The notes beneath the pieces were generated by a model, which worked only from the letters and a program-made list of their open reading frames with translations, was not told the DNA's origin and searched no databases. Both the position numbers and the translations under genes were made by a program. Below, piece after piece: positions 1 through 11,638 of a stretch of DNA of 64,000 bases (within the stretch, counting starts at the first letter, position 1; every line of letters begins with the position of its first letter). This stretch comes from Leptogorgia sarmentosa (Eukaryota): positions 9,300,001 through 9,364,000 of the forward strand of contig OZ210885.1 in NCBI GenBank assembly GCA_964658305.1. The letters are read 5' to 3'.

Positions 1-76
1 TGAGACATTACATATTAATCCAATATTTTTCTTCGTCAGTACAAAGTACATTAGAAAACATTTTGTTACCACCAAT

Positions 77-148
77 GGCTTGCTGGTCTAGTGGTATAAT
101 TCTCGCTTAGGGTGCGAGAGGTCACGGGTTCGATTCCCGTGCAAGCCC
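77..148 (+). tRNA. tRNA-Pro(AGG)
   Basis: GGCTTGC..GCAAGCC acceptor stem, CTCGC-TTAGGGT-GCGAG anticodon arm, GGTTCGATTCC T-loop. Confidence 0.9.
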
Positions 149-268
149 TAGTTAATTAACCAAGTAAGACGTTCGGTTTTTTGAAAGCTTCCGTAATCCT
201 TAGAAAACCTCGCGCAAAAAATTCGGTTACATTTACCGTCACGACGTCTGAATAACATCACACCAATA

Positions 269-342
269 CGTCCCTGGTTGGATTCGAACCAACAACCTTT
301 CGGTTAACAGCCGATCGCGCTAACCGATTGCGCCACAGAGAC
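269..342 (-). tRNA. tRNA-Asn(GTT)
   Basis: Reverse complement GTCTCTGTGGCGCAATCGGTTAGCGCG..GGCTGTTAACCG..GGTTCGAATCC..GGGACG. Confidence 0.9.
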
Positions 343-724
343 TGACTCCATTGAAAACCTTCCGAAAAGAAATATAAAAATAATGTATATTATTTTAGTA
401 CGTTGCTACAACCAACCGCTTTCACGTTGTTCATTAATGAACATTCACATCCATCTACAACTGACCTACACATTCTCAGCGCTACACTCTGAAGAATAGA
501 AACTTTCTATTTTGAGGTCTTTGCAAAACTCACTCGTGCAAGTTAATTCCAAATTCCACTCGAAACCATTCTATTAGCAATACTTATTTTTTTTCCAAAC
601 GTAGTGAAATGGTGGAAAGATATGAAACTTGAACTAAAATATATAGAATGCTACCTACCTGTGCAGGAACATGCCTGAATTTGCCTGAAGCAACATTTTA
701 CCTCCAGATAAGGGCGTCAACTTT

Positions 725-795
725 GCGTTGGTGGTTCAGTGGTAGAATTCTCGCCTGCCACCCTTGAGACCGGGGTTTGATTCACAGCAAACGCA
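725..795 (+). pseudogene. tRNA-Gly(GCC) pseudogene
   Basis: Gly 5' half intact; anticodon stem and T-arm (GGTTTGATTCACA) mutated relative to the copy at 54193. Confidence 0.8.
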
Positions 796-878
796 AATGT
801 TTTCATTTTGTTGCATTTCAATTGCAACTCGAGAAAAAATGTGGGTTCGTAAGACAGACATGATCTCGAAATTGTAAC

Positions 879-952
879 TCCCATGTGGTCTAGTGGTTAG
901 GATCTGGCGTTTTCACCGCCATGGCTCGGGTTCGATTCCCGCGGCGTGGGAA
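879..952 (+). tRNA. tRNA-Glu(TTC), 2-nt insertion at the T/acceptor junction, possibly a pseudogene
   Basis: TCCCATGTGGTCTAGTGGTTAGGAT..TGGCG-TTTTCAC-CGCCA..GGTTCGATTCCC. Confidence 0.75.
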
Positions 953-1427
953 TTTTTTCTGACAATTTCTATTTGGAACAGTTTGTCTTCACATCCCCAA
1001 ACTCGCCCGAGACTGGGATTAGATTCCCGGCAAACGCAGAATATTTTCATTCTGACGAATTTAAATTTCAAATGCAATACGAGAAAAACGTAGATTTGTA
1101 ATTTCTAATAATTTTATCCAGGAAAGTAAAATTAATATTTTCTGATATCACCGTCATTTATGAAAACTATTTGATAGCCGCAAACTATTTGACTGTGGAC
1201 AGAGTTTTTGCATTGGTTTATAAATTTTTGATTTTTACTCTTTATAATTTTATTGGGAATATGAACTTTTAACAGAATATCCCTTTAGGAATTAATTTTA
1301 CAAGCTCCCCTTCGCATTAATTTCGCTCTTGGATCAATTTGTTTCAATTAACTCTGGATTAAAAAAGGAAGGCGGAAGAGAAAGGTAATAAAATTCGCAG
1401 CATTTTAAAATATTCAAATGTCAAAAT

Positions 1428-1499
1428 AGGTTCTGCCGAGACTTGAACTCAGATCGCTGGATTCAAAGTCCAAAGTGCTAACCATTACACCACAGAACC
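1428..1499 (-). tRNA. tRNA-Gln(TTG)
   Basis: Reverse complement GGTTCTGTGGTGTAATGGTTAGCACTTTGGACTTTGAATCCAG..AGTTCAAGTCTCGGCAGAACCT. Confidence 0.85.
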
Positions 1500-1627
1500 T
1501 TAACACAATCTTGACAAAGTTTCCCAATTCTTTAACGTTTCTTCCTTTGTTGTACACCAAAAGGAACACTCTTCAATGGCGGACGTGGATATTTACTGAA
1601 CACGAATCATGCATCCAACCTGTTAAA

Positions 1628-1709
1628 AGTAGCGTGGCCGAGTGGTCTAAGGCGCTGGTCTCAAGCACCAGTCATTTCGATGACGTGGGTTCCAATCCCA
1701 CCGCTGCCA
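1628..1709 (+). tRNA. tRNA-Leu of the TAG-family body with a CAA anticodon; T-loop mutated (likely pseudogene)
   Basis: CTGGT-CTCAAGC-ACCAG versus CTGGT-TTTAGGC-ACCAG in paralogues; GGTTCCAAT. Confidence 0.7.
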
Positions 1710-2148
1710 ATTTTTCGTTGTTCATGGCTGTATTCGTTTATTGAGCTAGTATAAGTTTTGCAAGCTGAAGCCTTTGAACCAAATATGGAAAAACTCGTAA
1801 TTATATCCATGATAGAACAAGAGTAAAATTAATTTAGTGATATTTTATGATATCATCCTCCTTTGCCCAATTGATTCCCACAAACTATTTCATGATGGAC
1901 AGACTTTTTGCATTGGTTTCCAAATTCTTGATTATTTTTCAATCGTTTCTAATTTCCTTGGTTAAAGAACTTCTATAACACAGCCCACAGGATCGCTTTT
2001 GTAACTAAAATAAGAAATTCACCTTCGCACCAATTGTTCTTCCTCGATTATTTTTTCCAACTCAATATGACACGCAAAATGGACAGTGCAAGAGAAATGT
2101 AATATAATTCACCACCTTATACAATGTTTTAATTCGTCTGTTCGATCT

Positions 2149-2220
2149 AGGCTCTGCCGAGACTTGAACTCGGATCGCTGGATTCAAAGTCCAAAGTGCT
2201 AACCATTACACCACAGAACC
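2149..2220 (-). tRNA. tRNA-Gln(TTG)
   Basis: Near-identical to 1428-1499. Confidence 0.85.
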
Positions 2221-2343
2221 TTAAGGTGTTGATGTCAAAGTTCCGAATTGTTCAACGTTTGTTCCTTTCTTTGATATCGAAAGGCATCTCTTTAAACGAG
2301 GTGGATGTTTCCTAAAGGGAAATTATATTGTCTGCAGGTCACA

Positions 2344-2425
2344 GGTAGCGTGGCTGAGTGGTCGAAGGCGCTGGTTTTAGGCACCAGTCATTTCGATGAC
2401 GTGGGTTCGAATCCTACCGCTTCCA
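2344..2425 (+). tRNA. tRNA-Leu(TAG), several substitutions
   Basis: GGTAGCG.., long variable arm GTCATTTCGATGAC, GGTTCGAATCC. Confidence 0.8.
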
Positions 2426-2880
2426 AATTTTCATTGTTCATGGCTAGATTCACTAACGATTCACTATTCGTTCATAATTTAACCCGCAACCGAAGGAAAG
2501 TAAAATGAATATTTTCTAATTTCACCCTCGTTTCGTGCTGACACGATTAATAAAGATCTAATTCCAGCACAGTAAAACTATATTCGCGATAGCCTGGAAA
2601 ACCTTCGAAATCATGAATAATGGCAAAAAACATTTGATCGGGGAAAGAGTTTTTCCATTAGTTTTTAAATTCTTGATTTTCACTCCTTTATAACTTTATT
2701 GGTTAAAAGAGCTTTTAACGCAGTATCCTTTTGTAATTAAAATAACTAGTTCGTTTTCGCTTTCATTTTGTTCTTGGATCAATTTCTGTCAATTAACTCC
2801 GAATTGGAAAATGGACGGTGAAAGAGAATGGTAATAAAATTGGTGACCTTAAAATAACCTTTAAATCTCCTGTCCAATAT

Positions 2881-2952
2881 AGGTTCTGCCGAGACTTGAA
2901 CTCGGATCGCTGGATTCAGAGTCCAAAGTGCTAACCATTACACCACAGAACC
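2881..2952 (-). tRNA. tRNA-Gln(CTG)
   Basis: Reverse complement has GGA-CTCTGAA-TCC anticodon arm; intact cloverleaf. Confidence 0.9.
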
Positions 2953-3085
2953 TTAACACGATGCTTGGTTAAAATGTTTCCTCATTTTTTAACATTTTTT
3001 GTTTCTTTCACACCCAAAGGCATCTCTTCAAAAGTCGTGGACATTTGATAAAGGGAAATCATTTAATAGATACGTTTAAGGTTAA

Positions 3086-3167
3086 GATGGTGTGCCCGAG
3101 TCGCCTAATGCGCTGGTTTTAGGCACCAGTCATTTCGATGACGTGGGTTCGAATCCCACCGCTGCAA
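3086..3167 (+). pseudogene. tRNA-Leu(TAG) pseudogene
   Basis: 3' two-thirds match Leu(TAG); acceptor and D-arm degraded. Confidence 0.8.
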
Positions 3168-3545
3168 AATCTTCGTTGTTCAAGGACGTTGTGGTTTATT
3201 GAGCTGATATAAGTTTCAAAAAGTGATGCTTCTTATCCACATTTTGTGAAAACTTGTAATTTTATACAGGAAAAAAGAAAGAGTAAAAATGATTTTTTCT
3301 GATATCACCCTCTTTTGGTCGAAAATATTTGATAGCCACCAACTATTTGATCATGGACAGAGTTTTGCATTGTATTCTAAATTCTTGATCATTCTTCGCT
3401 GTTTTATAATTTTATTCCCCGCTAACTCAGAATATTTTCATTATTTTGCATTTCAATTTTAATTGCAACACGAGAAAAAGAGAATGAGATTGTGTTCACA
3501 TTCTCAAACTCATTCTACGAAAGCAAACGAGTTCAACACAGCCAC

Positions 3546-3618
3546 GACCTTGTGGCGCAATTGGTAGCGCGTCTGACTCAAGATGAGAAGGTTAAGTGTT
3601 CAATTCACTTCAAGGTCA
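3546..3618 (+). pseudogene. tRNA-Trp body with CAA anticodon and an anticodon-stem mismatch
   Basis: GACCTTGTGGCGCAATTGGTAGCGCG-TCTGA-CTCAAGA-TGAGA versus CTCCAGA-TCAGA in paralogues. Confidence 0.75.
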
Positions 3619-3631
3619 AGCACTTCTGGCC

Positions 3632-4046
3632 GCAGAAATTTTGGGATCACTTTAAGGCTTGGTTACCAAGCACTAATCTAGATTTTTCACTTGACACACT
3701 TTATCGTTGAGAATATTATATGCGCAATTCTGACTCTAAACACAAAATATTGTCTTTTCTTTTGTTTTTCTAATCCAGACCCAAACACAATTTCTGACCC
3801 TAACAACAAAATGTTGAGAAAAAAAACAAAATGAAAAAAAATAAACAAAGTTACAAAAAGCCAACACGCGAGAATCGAACCTGCGGGGGCGCTGCTGACG
3901 AGTGGGGAACAGAACCTCTGAGCCAACGAGGCGCTACAAAATTGCCGGTAAAAACCTTTTGTATGAATAGATTTTGCAATACAACATGTAAAATACGCGC
4001 GGTTACTAAGTATCCCAAAGAAAGTGATCCCAAAATAATTTTCTGC
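3632..4046. mobile_element. MITE with TIR GCAGAAA..TTTTGGGATCAC and an internal degenerate tRNA-like sequence
   Basis: TIRs; 9-bp TSD CTTCTGGCC/CTTCTTGCC; empty site CACTTCTGGCCACGCTG after other Trp copies; second copy at 37133-37517. Confidence 0.85.
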
Positions 4047-4138
4047 CTTCTTGCCACGCTGTGTCTCGAAATTTTCTTCCAATTTCAAATTAAAAATATT
4101 ATCGTTATTTTCACATTCCAAGAAAAGATAAATGTTTC

Positions 4139-4210
4139 TCCCATGTTGTCCAGTGGTCAGGATCTGGCTCTCTCACCGCCAAGGCCTAGGTTCGATTCCC
4201 GGCAAGGGAA
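4139..4210 (+). pseudogene. tRNA-Glu(CTC), mutated
   Basis: Glu body, CTCTCAC loop, several stem mismatches. Confidence 0.75.
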
Positions 4211-4491
4211 TAATACTTGCGACAGAAGGAAAAAATTATGGAATTCGAGATATTAACAAAACTATTGTTATTATACTAGCTCTATCCCTCTTACCCATTC
4301 TTTTGGTGTTTTCTGTATTTAAGTCTTTGTTGACATGATCTTGCTTTTCCACAAAAAATGATTTTGCTGATCATGTTTAAAGTGTAACAATTTCCTAGAA
4401 CTTACTCTGATTTATTATTCGAAGTTGTTTAGTGAAAATGTTCGGCATCTTGTGGAATATGAACATTATAACGAAAGAATTGAGCAACTTT

Positions 4492-4632
4492 GCGTTGGTG
4501 GTTCCTCGCCTGCCACGCGGGAGACCGGAGTTCGATTTTGTAGCACAGGAATAGTGAACAAGTTATCACTCCCATATGTTTTTGGGGTTAGGATCTGGCG
4601 TTTTCACCGCCATGGGCCGGGGCCAATTCCCG
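4492..4632 (+). pseudogene. Deleted tRNA-Gly(GCC) and tRNA-Glu(TTC) remnants
   Basis: Partial matches to the intact Gly and Glu copies, with internal deletions. Confidence 0.7.
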
Positions 4633-4769
4633 TATTATCACGTGTTTTTATGAAATAAATTCACTCCAAAAATTTTGTTTCGGGTCACACTTCTCATACA
4701 ATCTCGAGAGTTAAGTACATACCTTGTAACCAATTACAAAAAAGGAAATGGATGAACACTTATTCACAA

Positions 4770-4842
4770 AGCCTCATCAGAGAATTGAACTCTGGACCCC
4801 TGGTTTACGAAACCAGTGCTCTAACCCCTGAGCTAATGAGGC
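4770..4842 (-). tRNA. tRNA-Thr(CGT)
   Basis: Reverse complement GCCTCATTAGCTCAGGGGTTAGAGCA-CTGGT-TTCGTAA-ACCAG..GAGTTCAATTCTCTGATGAGGCT. Confidence 0.88.
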
Positions 4843-4992
4843 GACATGCTAAAATCTTGATAGCATGTTTTTTCCAACATAGTACTCTTTCAATAGCTTT
4901 TTTATTTCATCAGTTTTAACTCACTGAACAGCACATGGAATACAATCTGGGCGTTTGTCTTCTACGTCCTTCAGTGTTTTCGAAGAAAATAA

Positions 4993-5065
4993 AGCCTCAT
5001 CAGAGATTTGAACTCTGGACCCCTGGTTTACAAGACCAGTGCTCTAACCCCTGAGCTAATGAGGC
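4993..5065 (-). tRNA. tRNA-Thr(TGT)
   Basis: Same body, loop CTTGTAA. Confidence 0.9.
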
Positions 5066-5305
5066 AACTCAAAAGCTTGCTGTAGAATTATATTACTTTC
5101 CCATCCTGCACTGATGTGATGTTTCAACATGGTAAAAAAAAGAGTGAAGATTATGCACTTGTTTTCATTCTTTGTAAAACGTTACTATTTAGTCTTTGAT
5201 TGATTTATAAAATCGAATATATTTCAAGCTAGTAAGCGGTACTCTGAGTTCCACTTTAAGATTATTTCGCATTCTCAAAACTAACTTTCTGATAACGATT
5301 CTTTG

Positions 5306-5378
5306 AGCCTCATCAGATATTTGAACTCTGGACCCCTGGTTTACAAGACCAGTGCTCTAACCACTGAGCTAATGAGGC
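5306..5378 (-). tRNA. tRNA-Thr(TGT), one T-stem mismatch
   Basis: Same body, loop CTTGTAA. Confidence 0.82.
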
Positions 5379-5395
5379 AAATTCTTCCCTTCTAA

Positions 5396-5438
5396 ACTCC
5401 AGATCAGAAGGTTGAGTGTTCAATTCACTTCAAGGTCA
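5396..5438 (+). pseudogene. 3' half of tRNA-Trp(CCA)
   Basis: ACTCCAGATCAGAAGGTTGAGTGTTCAATTCACTTCAAGGTCA without the 5' half. Confidence 0.75.
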
Positions 5439-5531
5439 AGCACTTCTGGCCACGCTGTCTCTCGAAATTTACCAAATTCAAATTAAAAATATTACCGTTA
5501 TTTTCACATTCCGAGAAAAGATAAATGTTTC

Positions 5532-5603
5532 TCCCATGTGGTTCAGTGGCTAGGATCTGGCGCTCTCACCGCTAAGGCCCGGGTTCGATTCCCGGCATGG
5601 GAA
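5532..5603 (+). tRNA. tRNA-Glu(CTC)
   Basis: TCCCATG..CATGGGA acceptor, CTCTCAC loop, GGTTCGATTCCC. Confidence 0.82.
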
Positions 5604-5896
5604 TAATACTTGCGAGAGAAGGAAAAAAATATGCAATTCGAGAAATTATCAAAACCATTGCCATTATACTAGCTCTATCCCTCTCACCCACTCATTTGGT
5701 GTTTTCTGTATTTAAGTCCTTGTTGACATGATATAGCTTGCTTTTCCACACAAAAAATAGATTTTACTGATCATATTTAAAGTGTAACAATTTCCTAAAA
5801 CATACTCTTATCTATCATTTGAAAGTGTTTGGTCAAAATGATGGGCATCTTGAATTGTGGAATATGAACATTATAACGAAAAAGTTGGGCAACTTT

Positions 5897-5977
5897 GCGT
5901 TGGTGGTTCAGTGGTAGAATTATCGCCTGCCACGCCCTGCCACGCGGGAGACCGGGGTTCGATTCCCCGCTAACACA
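5897..5977 (+). pseudogene. tRNA-Gly(GCC) with a 10-nt tandem duplication in the anticodon arm
   Basis: CCTGCCACGC x2. Confidence 0.8.
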
Positions 5978-6113
5978 GATTATTTTCATTTTTTCATCCA
6001 TTTTATTCCCAAGCAACCTTGGGCCTACGTCCCACGCGGTCACCTCAGAGTATAGGTCAGTTGTAGATGTGAATGTTTAGTTGAACAACGCGAAACCTGT
6101 TGGTTGTGGCAAC

Positions 6114-6195
6114 GTAGTCGTGGCCGAGCGGTTAAGGCGGCAGACTAGAAATCTGTTGGGAGTTTCCCGCCCAGGTTCAAATCCTGCCGACTACG
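6114..6195 (+). tRNA. tRNA-Ser(AGA)
   Basis: GTAGTCG..CGACTACG, GCAGA-CTAGAAA-TCTGT, variable arm GGGAGTTTCCC. Confidence 0.88.
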
Positions 6196-6458
6196 TTATG
6201 CAAAGTCTTCAACACTTTGGCCTCAATATGTAAACATGATTTTTTGGGGGAAAAACTCGAGGAGAGGAAGTTCTGTTCTCGGTGGTGGCGGATGAGTGTT
6301 TAAAGTGACAGATTCAATGTACAAGTTTTCCATCCACAAATTCAACGGAAAGATGTCGCGTTTTTTATTGTATTAAGGTTATGAAACATGCCAAGAAAAA
6401 TTTTGTATTTGAATATAAAATAGAAACTAGGGATCCAAGGATAGTGCAAAGTTTCTAA

Positions 6459-6578
6459 GGCCTAGGTCGAACGTCGAACTTTTCATGCGCTGAACCTAAT
6501 GCAAATGAGCTCAAACAAAGAACTTGGCTCATTAACATTAGGTTCGGCACATGAAAAGTTCGACGTTTGACCTAGGCC
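6459..6578. mobile_element. Palindromic PIF/Harbinger-type (Tourist-like) MITE
   Basis: GGCCTAGGTCGAACGTCGAACTTTTCATG.. inverted repeat; TAA/TTA flanks; GGCC termini as in the Harbinger at 38781. Confidence 0.75.
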
Positions 6579-9364
6579 TTAGAGGACAATAAAATCATAT
6601 TTTTCAAAAGAAAACTAAGGAAACATTGTTGACGTGATACGAGAAAATAATCACTATTTTATTGTCTGGAAGCAACTGCCATCGCAGCAGCGCGCGTGTA
6701 AAGCAAATCAGATAAATCTCTGACCTCTGACCTTTTTGAAATTATATACACATCGTACTGAACAAATGATCTTAAAAGAGTTAAGTCACAATGTGGCACG
6801 CTACTTCTGCGTCTTAATAAAATATCCAGTTTATTCACAGTATCAGCCAACGTTAAATTTACTTTTGTATGCCTATATGTTGTTTAGTTCATTTAGTATC
6901 GAAAATTCTGTAAATCCCCGGTATTTTCGGGCAAACAAACAGCCCAAGCTTTGTGATGCCGTCGACCAGTGTTGTCGAGTCGGAGACAGCGAAAACAAAC
7001 ACGAAAGCTATAAATGCGAAAGCTCGCAAATATGTTGCCTATCATCAACCAATTTAAAATATATGACGAGTTCTACTGTGTTACACATTTTAGTTTGCCC
7101 GCAATGTCGGCCAACTAAATTTTTAATATAAATACGCACGGCGGCTGTTAACAGTACTAAACTGTCCATGACAAATACAAGTTTTCTACAGAAATGATAA
7201 TAAATTCAAATCTCTAGATTCATTGCTGATATATAAAGAACATTTTAACTGTTTTATCAACGCATTCAGACATGTTGGCCACATTATATTATCATCACAG
7301 TCAGTGAATTACTGATTCACGGTCCCGCTCATAGCGTCCGCCATATTGTGTAATTTCATTCCCAAAAAGTGCTGAGTTGCAATTTTTGCAAAAACTGAAA
7401 TTCCGGAGGGGCGTCCGCCATTGCGTACTGTATTTCTGCGCTTCTTTGATCACATTTCACTTCTAACAAACTTTCATATCAATGAGAAGAACTGCAAATA
7501 ATGATGAGCAACGATGTATAACTGCAATCGAATCATTTTTGTTCAAACATTTCAAGGATATCAGTCAAATACCGAGTTTCGCATGTCAGGAGAATTTGGG
7601 ACGCTCCCCCCGGAGTTTACACTATGAATGACTGAATGATTACATGACTGATGTGAATTTTCGCCACTCATCACAATACTGCACAAAGTTTCTTTGAAAC
7701 TTTGCACTAAAAATGAAATCCTAATTTTAACATTATGTTGAAATTGGGTTAATGTCTGAGTGCGATGACTGATTATCGACAACCAGCAAATTTTTTTTCC
7801 ACTATCTACATATTAAATGATACCACAAGGTTTGACATTTTGAACAACTGGGCCCTTGGCCAGGAAATATTGTGGGAGATGAGAGACACATGGGATTATA
7901 TACAATTGCATTAAGTAATCTATATATGTAGGTGACTAAAATAAAAACCATATTGGAAAACCATTGACAACAAAGATGTTAATATGTTCACCCTCATAAA
8001 AATAATATGTGCACTTTTCCTTAACTATCAACACTGATCCTCGATCAAGGAGCATCTCATGCTTGTCGATTCTGTTATCTGCTGGTAATACTGACCACAT
8101 TCTGAAGTTTGTTACTAGACAATTAACTTACCTTAATTTATTTTATAATCTCAGGAAACTAAATGTTTTAATTTGGCAGCCTTGATTCAGGTTGAAAATC
8201 AAATTTTTCACCCTCTGTATTGTTGTTCAATGATGTCAACAGCTGAACCAATCACATTTCTATAAAGAGATAAGAAAATGGGGCAGAGCCAGTGTTAATT
8301 TTGACAAGAAATCAACAATTTCATTGATGTTTCATAGACCAACTAAATGTTGTGGTCTACTTTATTGTAACATGACCCAAACTAAAAAATCAGTCCCCCC
8401 TCCCCTTGTTCTCCCCCACCCCCCATCTATACTCTAAGATATCGGCAAAGTACACAATATATAATAAATGAGGTAATCAATGTGAGGATTATATATACTG
8501 TAACTACCATGTTTTAGACCTGATCATGACCGGGGATGGGAAATAAAACACTTAATGTTCTTTGGCAGTATCTGTGACAGTTTGATTTTGTTTGGGCAGT
8601 ATTATATAACAACTGAGCAATAACAACCAACCATCTGCACAAATACAAGATAAATCTACATGAACTTAAAGTTATTACTCAACAAGTGACTTCTATAGCT
8701 CGGTCGGTCAGAATGCTGGTCTGGAATCTCATGGTTACAATTCCTGACAGTCAGGTTTTATAGATTCAAACAGTTTATAAAACTTATATCATAAGCTAAC
8801 AAATCTAACAATGAAAATTAAAGTAAAATGTGCGAGAGGCAGGGGGGATTTTTCCAGTAAGTGGCAGAAAGAAACTCATGTCGATCTAGTTTGACAGTTT
8901 ATGTACATGTATGCAAAATGGAATTTAAGGAATGAAAACATGTGAGCAAAAAACATGCATGATTTGTTTTGCAGTTTCAGGCCCAGTCATATTCTTTCTG
9001 CAATAAAATTAGGATTTCACATTCAATGCCTTATTTTCAATCAGCAATTCAATCCATCCAGATTGTAATCAAAATGAAAATGGACTCAATCCGGAGTGAG
9101 TTGTAACTCAATTCTGATTGATGTAGTCAAATCTAATCCAATCCCTTATCAGCCTTATGATTTCAAAACACAAATGAAATATGTAGGTCTGATCTAAATC
9201 AGGTAAACACAACCTAAATTCAATTGTCATTTGAAATTTGCACTGAAATATAACATCAGTATAGGTTGACGGTAAATCAATATGGTTTTATAGAACTTCA
9301 CTCAATGTGAAAAATTTTGAGGGGAGTTAATGTGTCTTGATATTGAGTAAAAATTATACACGTG

Positions 9365-9538
9365 CAGGGGCGCCATGGACTGAAATGCAGCAGGGAAAGC
9401 TTTGTGGAAAGGGCACCAAAGTGTCAGAGTCAAGACCCTGTGTGGGGTTCCATAGGGTTACAGTCTTACAAATGCCATTTCATGTGGGGTTTTTTGTTCA
9501 CATGTGAATCAGTTGCCCTTGTTGCTCCAGCGCCCCTG
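9365..9538. mobile_element. Old hAT-like MITE
   Basis: CAGGGGCGC..GCGCCCCTG termini; degenerate 8-bp flanks TACACGTG/TACGCATG. Confidence 0.5.
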
Positions 9539-10558
9539 TACGCATGAGGGATTGTTAAAATCCCAACAAGGGTCAGTTGAGAATAATTCATCAACTATAA
9601 GATTCCCTGCCAGGAAACAAACCTACATGTCTGTATGATGCTGATGCTCTGCTCTGCTTTGAACACTAAGGCACACAGCACAAATAGTTGATGATTTTCC
9701 CTTTACTGTTTCTGGTTGCAATCTCAACAGGTGTACTCTATGATTTGCATTCAAAGACACAAGACATATTATTACTAAAAATCAGTACAGGTTATCTGGC
9801 AATTATCTTCCGCATTTGTGCATCATTATAGAATGCATGACATTACTGTGGACTGCACATTAACTAAATCATTTGAACGACACAGAATCAACAAAGGCCT
9901 CTCAAATTAATGTGACAATCAATATTATCTATGACATAATAAACCCACAATAATCTAATGGCATACATGAAAATATGTTTACTTTCATATTCATCATAAA
10001 TCAACAGTACTACATGACTGTATATTTTACAAGCATTTTGATTTCATCAAATGAAACAAATAAAGTGCAATACAACCAAAGTAAACACTCAAAATATTCA
10101 CAACAAATTTGCCAGAAGACAGAGAAATTTCAATATAAGATTGCATCAATGTCCTTAATAAAACATACTGCAATGATCACAAGATAATGTCTCAAGTTGA
10201 ATAAAATGTAACTGACCGTAAATGAAAGTTCAAATTGTAACAATAAATATTTACCTTGAATTGCGACTTTTCTGTGTCCGTGAAACCAAACAACGAAAGA
10301 TTTTAGAACGATTTCGAATCTTGTTCGAAAGATAAGCAATAAAATTCTGTTGATGTTGTAAAATACCTTCTGAAATTCCAGCAAGAAGACTAGACGCCTC
10401 TTCTACGAAATTCCCCGACTCCCGAGCCTCAAAATAACATGACGTCATTATTGGAAGAAGTGACGACAATCTACGAAGATCTTACGAACAACAATCGGAG
10501 AGCAGGATTACAAAACTAGGTACGCAGTGAGTACATATTATCCTAGTAGCCCTACAAG

Positions 10559-11169
10559 TAGGCCCTGCCCGATTGTGCTCGGCAACTTTTTAGCAACTTT
10601 TGGCATTTCGAGCAACTTTTTCCGACTATTGCAACTTCAAGCAACATTTGCGTTTCAGGGCAACTTTGCTGCAAATTTCAGGTTTACTGTATAAATCATC
10701 AATAATTTTGCCCAAAAATTTAAAGATTCGATAAATGATAATATAAAAAAACATTTTCTGATGATAATTTATTGAAGTGTAATGTTTCAGCCTGTCAGCG
10801 TCGGCCAGCCTTTACTTGGTAATTGATATTCTTTACTAGGGTTACCTGTGTAAGTGTTCAGCACTAGAAACAAAATGGCGTCTTCATTTTTAAACTAGCG
10901 CCTAAATAGAGGAATGGCAAATTTGCCCGCTTTGCCCGCATTTATAGTTAAAGTCATTTTAAAATATATAACCCTGACCCAACGGTGTGAAATATGTGTG
11001 AAAATTTCGTCAACTTTAGGTATCGAGCAGGCGCAACTTTTGATGTTCAAGTAGCAACTTTTTGCTTTTTGGGCATCTTTTTAGCAACTTTTGGCATTTT
11101 AGGAAGCAACTTTTCGCATTTTAGGTGGCAACTTTCTAGGATTTTACGAGCACAATCGGGCAGGGCCTA
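10559..11169. mobile_element. hAT-type non-autonomous element
   Basis: 23-bp TIR TAGGCCCTGCCCGATTGTGCTCG; perfect 8-bp TSD CCTACAAG; many subterminal GCAACTTT motifs. Confidence 0.88.
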
Positions 11170-11638
11170 CCTACAAGCCGCACGCATGACGTAACACGCA
11201 GTAGTAAAATATGATAAGGTTGGCTAGTAAAAAATATCAGTCACTACCGCTCAAAACAAGTCGAAAAAATCAACGTCTCGTGAACAAACTTCACTAAAAA
11301 ATAGCAGCCCCTACTTTGAGGGTAGTATTACTAAATATGCACAACGTTTTCTGGTAACAAAACGAGAGAAAAAGTCGGAAAAAAACGAAAGGTTTGTTTG
11401 AATTTGCCGTGTCTCGATGCTGGAAGCCTGTTGTCGTGCAAAAATTGCCGTTTGAAATGACGAATACGCGATCCTATTGGTTATAAAAAACCCGACATAA
11501 CAGCCCACCAAGAGGATTGCTCCTAGTAGCAGGGGCTGCTATTTTTTAGCCAAGTTTGTTTACGAGACGTAGATTTTTTCGACTTATTTTAAGCCGTAGT
11601 GAGTGATATTATCATTTACTTGCCAACCTATCATATTA

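Noticed and set aside
3546..3618. Opal suppressor or selenocysteine tRNA (TCA in the loop)
   Set aside because: In register the anticodon is CAA; no tRNA-Sec long arms
893..6080. Many short ORFs over the tRNA blocks (also 37-38.7 kb and 53.8-58.6 kb)
   Set aside because: They are translations of tRNA genes and duplicated spacers, mostly with non-ATG starts
8693..8750. tRNA-like sequence TATAGCTCGGTCGGTCAGA
   Set aside because: Only an A-box-like remnant with no cloverleaf; at most an old SINE head
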